A stretch of DNA of 64,000 nucleotides from an uncultured Lachnospiraceae bacterium (GTDB lineage: Bacteria > Bacillota > Clostridia > Lachnospirales > Lachnospiraceae), in contig CAMVGV010000010.1 in assembly GCA_947167135.1 (NCBI GenBank), forward strand, positions 2,237 to 66,236. Reading direction: 5' to 3'. The notes beneath the pieces are model-generated. The model ran no database searches and was not told the DNA's origin. It was given only the letters and a program-made list of their open reading frames with translations. The translations under genes and the position numbers were made by a program. Below, piece by piece: positions 58,368 through 64,000 of the stretch (position 1 is its first letter; each line of letters starts with the position of its first letter).

Positions 58368-59660
58368 TCAGTCTTTAAGACATGCCAGCGGTATTATTTT
58401 AACCCCATCCTCCCTGGTATATGCCATATTTCCACCGGTGATGATAATTAACAGATCCGGTTCCCTGAGAGGTAATTGCTTTTCTTTTTTATTATACTCT
58501 CTGACAAGCTCTTTTATTTTCAGCAGGTGACCGGCCCCTTCTTCTATTTCTGCACTTCCAAGCTTAAACTCAATAAGAGCATATCTTCCGTCTCCTATAT
58601 GAAGCACCGCGTCCGCTTCAAGACCATATCTGTCATGATAGTAAGATACTTTTCCGTTTATGGCCTGTGAGTAAACCTTTAAGTCTCTTATGCACATGCA
58701 TTCAAAGATAAAGCCAAATGTCTTCAGGTCCATTTCCAGATAATCCGGCGTTAATCCCAACGAAGCCACTGCAATGGACGGATCTACAAACTCCCGTTTG
58801 TACCCTGAACGAATGGTGGTCGCAGACCGAATAGACGGACACCACGCTTCAACGTCTTCTATTACAAATAATCTTTCCAGTGCCGTCAGGTAGGAATCAA
58901 AAGTACCCTGTGACAAAGACTCTTCATTTGCGTTAACATCATTGAAAATATTGCTTTTTTTTGACAAAGTGGACAGATTTCTTGAATACGACTTTAGTAT
59001 TGCACTCGCCAACGAGGGATTTCTGCCGGTTCCGTCAACTGTGGAAATATCTGACTCGCACACATTTTTCAAATAGTCTTTAGCCACAAACAGCTTGGCC
59101 TGATCAGATTTTTTTCGTAAGGTTGATGGCCATCCTCCTCTGCATGCGGCAAAAATAAGCTCCTCCACCTTCATTTCCGATGTTATTCCATCAATATCCA
59201 GATCAGAATCATCAAAGAGTTCTTTTAATGATATCTTCCCATTAGATTCCAATGACTCAAACAGACTCATCGGGTACATCTTTAATCGGGATATTCTGCC
59301 GGTTCCGGTATGATGTATCTTTTTTTCATCAACTGAGGTGGACCCGGTCAATATAAATAATCCATCTTCCTGGCGGTTATCGACGGCAGTTCTTACTGCA
59401 TCCCATAGTACAGGTGCTTCCTGCCATTCATCTATAAGTCGCGGATTATCCCCTTTCAACAAAAGAGAAGGTTTTGTATTTGCTGTTGCCAGATATGATT
59501 CTCTCATGTCCGGATCCTGCATTTTTAACACACTTTTAGCCTTCTGTTCAGCAGAAGTTGTTTTCCCGCACCATTTTGGACCTATTATCAGAGTAGCTCC
59601 TGATGCCTCCAACCGTAATCCTAATTCTGAATCTATAATTCTATGTAAGTATTCACCCAT
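58368..59660 (-). CDS. AAA+ ATPase with DUF4143 (AAA_14/DUF4143 family)
   Basis: YLHRIIDSEL...LIIGPKWCGKTT (Walker A) and LFILTGS, with a C-terminal region typical of DUF4143 proteins. I prefer the start MGEYLHR at 59660, which has a GAGGTG SD, over the track start at 59720. Confidence 0.8.
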   Translation of the reverse strand: MGEYLHRIIDSELGLRLEASGATLIIGPKWCGKTTSAEQKAKSVLKMQDPDMRESYLATANTKPSLLLKGDNPRLIDEWQEAPVLWDAVRTAVDNRQEDGLFILTGSTSVDEKKIHHTGTGRISRLKMYPMSLFESLESNGKISLKELFDDSDLDIDGITSEMKVEELIFAACRGGWPSTLRKKSDQAKLFVAKDYLKNVCESDISTVDGTGRNPSLASAILKSYSRNLSTLSKKSNIFNDVNANEESLSQGTFDSYLTALERLFVIEDVEAWCPSIRSATTIRSGYKREFVDPSIAVASLGLTPDYLEMDLKTFGFIFECMCIRDLKVYSQAINGKVSYYHDRYGLEADAVLHIGDGRYALIEFKLGSAEIEEGAGHLLKIKELVREYNKKEKQLPLREPDLLIIITGGNMAYTREDGVKIIPLACLKD

Positions 59661-59718
59661 TTTGTCACCACCTCTTACACACAAAGAATATTGTAAATCA
59701 GGGATTTTGTCAATTGTC

Positions 59719-59785
59719 ATTGTGTGTTTTTGAGGTGATGTGTTGTGTGTTTTTGAGGCTATTCGTTGTGTGTTTTTGAGGAAGC
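59719..59785. repeat. Three direct copies of TGTGTGTTTTTGAGG (period 22-23 nt)
   Basis: Read directly. The repeats sit between the ATPase start and the end of cassette copy C, and they encode the divergent tail of the copy-C post-stop ORF. Confidence 0.85.
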
Positions 59786-60202
59786 ATAGCTTCCGGCGAG
59801 ATTGCTGCCCTTGAAGGTGAAGGTCTTTGAAGTCCCATTATAGCTCCACTCTTCCTTCTTTGCCTTGTAATCCTTTCCGTTTATCATCACTTTGACAGAC
59901 TTCGGGCTCCCGTTCTTTTTCCATTTCACTGTCAAAGAATCCGTATTTCTGACATAGTAGGGATTTGACTTATATGACAGACCCTTTGACCCCTTTGTGG
60001 CTTTCTTTATTTCTCTTTCCGTTTTTTTGTCGGCTCCGGAGAGTCCCGTTATCTGGAAGCAGTGGTTCTTTTTATTGATCTTTACCTTTGTTACCTTATA
60101 GGTGGCATTATTGACCGATACCGTGATCCCCTTTTCTCCAAAGACCTCTATTCCTGCCTTTGATTTTCCCCAGAACGGAAGCTCGTGGCAGTAGGATATC
60201 CT
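59759..60202 (-). other. Post-stop in-frame ORF, copy C (147 codons, open)
   Basis: Same as copy A up to ..FKGSNLAGSYASSKTHNE, then TAG (59761-59759). Confidence 0.6.
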
Positions 60203-61395
60203 TTATGATCCCTTTGTCTCCGTACGGTAGTCCATAGGCTTATTGTCGGAAACAGTGACTTTCTTTTCTGCCGCATCATTACCGCTGCCGGTATTGTCGT
60301 CTGTTTTTCCTTCTTCATTCTCACTGCTGTTATCTTTTTTCTGATCCACATAGGTGAGATACCATGATGAAAGACGGTCTGTTTCTACAGGAAGCGTAGT
60401 GTCCGTACCGGATGAGGCGATCTCCACCCTTCCGTCATCATAAATATGGACAACGAAAAACGTTCTTATGACCTCCTCATCATCGTTCCTCATGGATACG
60501 GGAACCTCTATGGTAAATGCTATTTTCCCCGTTCCTTTTTCAGGTTCGATCTCCTGTTTACTGCCATTCCCGACCTGCTTATAAAGCTTGATATCAAGCA
60601 TCATTCCGCTTCCCGATACATCAGTTCCGGTGCTTTTCTTTACCTCAGCCTCTGCTTTTGCTTTTGCCTCTTCATTGCCGCCGGTTGTATCACCGCTTGC
60701 CTTCTCTTTTATCTCCAGCGTTACCGTCAGGGTTTCTCCGGCTTCCACTGCCTGTTTTTCTGTTTCATTTAAGAGACCGGCTGCGAGCTCTGCAGGGATC
60801 GTGACATCACTTACGGCAAAACCATCATTCTCACCGGTATCGTAGGTCACAACCTTGCTCTCTATCTTTCCGGTACCGTTAGGTATGGTGTTTTCCGGGA
60901 GAGTTTCCTCGTTCCTTTTGTAAATATAGAAAGTATTTTTACCATATTCCACAGAGTAATTACCCTGTGTTTCTTCTCCGGATGCGCTTATTTCATACTT
61001 TCCGGCATCTTCTCCGCTTTCACGGGAGAGCGTATATTTTATAAGCCCATCGCTTTCACCCTCTACGATACCCGTAACAGCTGCGGTCAGCTCCGGATCC
61101 TCTTCACCGGTAAGCTTTTCCTTTTCATCGGGCCTTACTGTTACCGCAGCTCTCTTTATCGTTACGCTTACACCGGCCTCTTCACTGTCAGAATGATCAC
61201 TGTCCCCGAAGACCTTGTAATACACGGTATAGGTGCCTGCATCCTTCTTTACGGGGACATTCTCCGTATATCCGCTTCCGGATGTGAGGCTGTACATTAA
61301 TGTTCCGCCTGCAGCGGTGCCTTTCTCTGTAAGTGTCTGATTACCTCCGTTATAGGTAAGGTCTTTTGCGGAAGGAGCCTTTGTGATGACTGATT
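59766..61395. repeat. Adhesin 3' cassette, copy C
   Basis: Matches 51690-53321. SNPs are concentrated in the outer 100 nt or so at both ends. Confidence 0.92.
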
Positions 61396-64000
61396 GAACC
61401 TTATTCACAGTGAGTTTTCCTGTTTTACAGGTGATATTGTAGTTAGCCGTGACATCTTTTCCGGAGGCGTCACTGATGGCCGCCCCGGAGGCTGTGATGG
61501 TGTGCTCACCTGCAGTACTTCCGTCAGCTGTCAGATTGACCCGGCTCAGGCTGTGGCCTGCCACCGCGTCTGCAAGCACTGCCTGTTTCGTTCCGGTCTT
61601 TAAGCTTTCTCCGAATAATATGATCTGGTCACAGGCTGTGACTACTGCGTCCCTCTTATTAATGGTGAAGGTCCTGCTCCCGCTGAAGCTGTAATTCCCG
61701 TTCTTTACGCTCGTTACAGCTGCCGTTGCTGTTCCTGCGTTTATATTATTACTGTAGCTTACGTTATATTCCTTTCCGGGAATTTCATCATCTCCATTCT
61801 TTACCGTGACCGCCGGTTCTTTTGGCTTGCCGTCATAGGTTAAGGATTCTTCCGAAAGCTCTATAACAGGGTTTGCTATTATCTTTGGCTTTATAGTAAA
61901 TACACCCTTTTCAAAGGTTACGCTGTAATTACCCTGAGCACTCTCTCCGGCAGGGGTGATGTCATAGGTTCCGACATTCTCCCCTGTTGCGCGGGAAATA
62001 CTGTAGCTTACTGTGTCTGTTCCGATAAGGCCTGTTTCTGTCGCCGTATATTCTGCCGGGACAGGGTCAGATTCCCCATAGATTTTCTCTTTATTATCTG
62101 CTTTAACCGTGACAGCCTTTTTCTTTATAGTGACAGAAACCTGTCCTTCATCGCTGTCCTCATGATTATTATCTCCAAAGACCTTGTAGTATACGGTATA
62201 GGTTCCGGCATCTTTCCTTTCGGGAAGAGTCTCTGCATAACCACTTCCGGATGTCAGGCTGTATTTCAGCGTTCCGCCTGCAGCGATCCCCGCTTCAACA
62301 AGAGTCTGATCCAGGCCGGAATAGGTAAGGCTCTTTACTGTGGGAGCCTTTTTTACCACTGCTTTGATCTTTGTGACAGTGAGAGTTCCGTTTTGATAGG
62401 TGATGTTATATTTGGCGGTAACGTCCGCAGTGCCACTCTTTATCACTGCTGCACCTGGAGTAATGGTGCCGCTATCTGTGATGGCGGCAGTGCTGCTCGA
62501 TGTAAGAGTAACTGTATTGATAGCATGTCCGTCAACAAGAGAACCCGATGTCACACTTACCATATTTGTTCCCGTGGCGATGCTTCCATTAAGTTCCACA
62601 CTCTGATCCTTTGCTGTGATGGTGACTGAGCGCTTAGTAATATCTGCGGTTACAGCCGCAGGCTGGGAAATCAGCTCATAGTTGCCAGCGACCGTACCAC
62701 TGAGCGCGAAGCCGGAAAATGTCACGGTCTTGCCGTCACCGACGTTTGCGTCTGAGAATTCTGCCGTACCTTCCTCAATTTCTACATCATCATTGCCTAC
62801 CTTGCCGTCAATCAATGCAGACGTCATAACAGGAGTCGCTTCTGTCGTGCCGTCATATTCTTTTTCGGAAACAGTCACGCCGGTGATGGTAACCCTCTTC
62901 GGGGCAATGGTATATTCCACGCTCGCAGTAGCTGCTCCGGTTCCTTCACCCAGGGTGATCTTTGCTATATAGGTTCCGGCTCCGGTCGGCGCGGCATCCA
63001 GCTTAGACGATCCCTTGTAATAGGAGATCCCGGGAGTCCCAAGGAAATCCGTATCTCCGCTTATAGTCGCTTCCGCACTCTTTTGATCCCCGTAGATTTC
63101 ATGAGAGGGCTTATCTATAGTAATAACTTTAACAAATGAACCGTTATCACTTGTGCCTGTAGCTTTGATCTTCGCACCCTCTGCCGTATAACCCTCGATT
63201 ATATATAGGGGTTTGGAAACTGCGGTCAGTGTCAATGAGTCCGTATTACCGGGCAATGTTACGGATGTGCCTGCAGGCAGCACCTTATCATCATTTCCTA
63301 CCTTCCATCCGGCAAACTTAGAGTTACTTCCATCAGGGACAGTAAAGCTGCATTCGGGGAGTGTGAAGCTTCCTCCTGACCTGCCGTAGGTACCCTCCAT
63401 GCTGCCGGAGAGCTCTCCCTTATCGAATGTGATCTTTACACCGGGAACTATGGTCGTGCCTCCCATGTTGTCCCGGGTAGCCACAGTTTCCGGAGAATCC
63501 TTCAATACGAAGGTCTTTTGAAAGTCGACCGTTGTATTACTCTCTGCGTGGAATGCGCTGGTGTACAGCTCCATACCCGGATCGTTCCAGGAGAGGATAA
63601 CATCACCCTCGCAGCCACCGTTTTCGCTATAAGGCGTATAGTAATATCCACCTATAGCATTGATGCCCGTAACAATATTCCAATTCCTTTCGACTTTGGC
63701 ATTTATTTTTCCTCCGGTGATAGTCAGCGTTCCACCGATGCCGTGATTTCCCCCGCCAATGGCCGGTGCATTTTGTGCTACGGCTTCTATCACTCCGCCA
63801 CAGATCGTAATATTGCCTGCAGGGTCACACGGATCGTTCGGTTTAGAACGAAGCCCTGAGCCGATAGCCGTATAACCATAAAACGTATTGTACGGATGGT
63901 CACTTGCCTTCAGCTTTCCGGTTCCCTTAGACTGTCCGTATATGGTAAGACTGTTTCCCTCTTTCACATTGATCCCGCATTTTGCATCCGCTGTAGATCC
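60203..64000 (-). CDS. Large surface protein (5' end outside window): beta-helix-like Gly-rich N-region, multiple MBG (YGX-type) and Ig-like repeats, shared C-terminal module
   Basis: Repeated ..KIYGESDP...YS.SR..GENVGTYDIT..G....GNYSV.F..G.F.I.. units (MBG). The N-region has ITICGGVIEAVAQNAPAIGGGNHGIGGTLTITGG. The last 400 aa or so are identical to the LRR protein. The ORF is open to the window edge. Confidence 0.85.
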   Translation of the reverse strand, partial: GSTADAKCGINVKEGNSLTIYGQSKGTGKLKASDHPYNTFYGYTAIGSGLRSKPNDPCDPAGNITICGGVIEAVAQNAPAIGGGNHGIGGTLTITGGKINAKVERNWNIVTGINAIGGYYYTPYSENGGCEGDVILSWNDPGMELYTSAFHAESNTTVDFQKTFVLKDSPETVATRDNMGGTTIVPGVKITFDKGELSGSMEGTYGRSGGSFTLPECSFTVPDGSNSKFAGWKVGNDDKVLPAGTSVTLPGNTDSLTLTAVSKPLYIIEGYTAEGAKIKATGTSDNGSFVKVITIDKPSHEIYGDQKSAEATISGDTDFLGTPGISYYKGSSKLDAAPTGAGTYIAKITLGEGTGAATASVEYTIAPKRVTITGVTVSEKEYDGTTEATPVMTSALIDGKVGNDDVEIEEGTAEFSDANVGDGKTVTFSGFALSGTVAGNYELISQPAAVTADITKRSVTITAKDQSVELNGSIATGTNMVSVTSGSLVDGHAINTVTLTSSSTAAITDSGTITPGAAVIKSGTADVTAKYNITYQNGTLTVTKIKAVVKKAPTVKSLTYSGLDQTLVEAGIAAGGTLKYSLTSGSGYAETLPERKDAGTYTVYYKVFGDNNHEDSDEGQVSVTIKKKAVTVKADNKEKIYGESDPVPAEYTATETGLIGTDTVSYSISRATGENVGTYDITPAGESAQGNYSVTFEKGVFTIKPKIIANPVIELSEESLTYDGKPKEPAVTVKNGDDEIPGKEYNVSYSNNINAGTATAAVTSVKNGNYSFSGSRTFTINKRDAVVTACDQIILFGESLKTGTKQAVLADAVAGHSLSRVNLTADGSTAGEHTITASGAAISDASGKDVTANYNITCKTGKLTVNKVQSVITKAPSAKDLTYNGGNQTLTEKGTAAGGTLMYSLTSGSGYTENVPVKKDAGTYTVYYKVFGDSDHSDSEEAGVSVTIKRAAVTVRPDEKEKLTGEEDPELTAAVTGIVEGESDGLIKYTLSRESGEDAGKYEISASGEETQGNYSVEYGKNTFYIYKRNEETLPENTIPNGTGKIESKVVTYDTGENDGFAVSDVTIPAELAAGLLNETEKQAVEAGETLTVTLEIKEKASGDTTGGNEEAKAKAEAEVKKSTGTDVSGSGMMLDIKLYKQVGNGSKQEIEPEKGTGKIAFTIEVPVSMRNDDEEVIRTFFVVHIYDDGRVEIASSGTDTTLPVETDRLSSWYLTYVDQKKDNSSENEEGKTDDNTGSGNDAAEKKVTVSDNKPMDYRTETKGS

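Overview
The window looks like a Firmicutes/Clostridia chromosome, probably Lachnospiraceae-like. That assignment is an inference from gene content only: glgC-glgD, mecA, DnaD/DnaI-type loaders, a SleB-type hydrolase, and BspA-LRR and MBG adhesins. About 50 kb is ordinary, tightly packed housekeeping DNA. It holds rpsI-rplM, trxA, trmB, a PBP5-type carboxypeptidase, SRP RNA, glgCD-pth-murC, dnaD-like/dnaI-like-prs-queT, a complete F1Fo ATP synthase operon, rpiB-tsaC, mecA and metG. Three signalling modules are present: a Cache-GGDEF cyclase, an OmpR-RR/HK/HD-GYP operon, and an HPK10-type HK/LytTR-RR pair. Four things are not explained by ordinary annotation. (1) The right-hand 12 kb is a surface-adhesin island in which a nucleotide-identical 1.1-1.6 kb 3' cassette occurs three times. 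(2) Each cassette ends the adhesin ORF with TAA and continues in the same frame for 142-147 codons with no usable start codon (copy B carries an extra nonsense codon). This may be readthrough, a split domain or a fossil. (3) A composite REP/BIME-like hairpin repeat family (core GTCATCCTGAGCG / CGCTCAGGATGAC) fills nine intergenic loci, one of them inside the atp operon, and has expanded into tandem arrays. (4) An 88-aa ORF carries a textbook double-glycine leader but has no transporter nearby. No CRISPR array, transposase, integrase, tRNA or rRNA was seen. All homology calls come from reading motifs in the translations, not from database searches.
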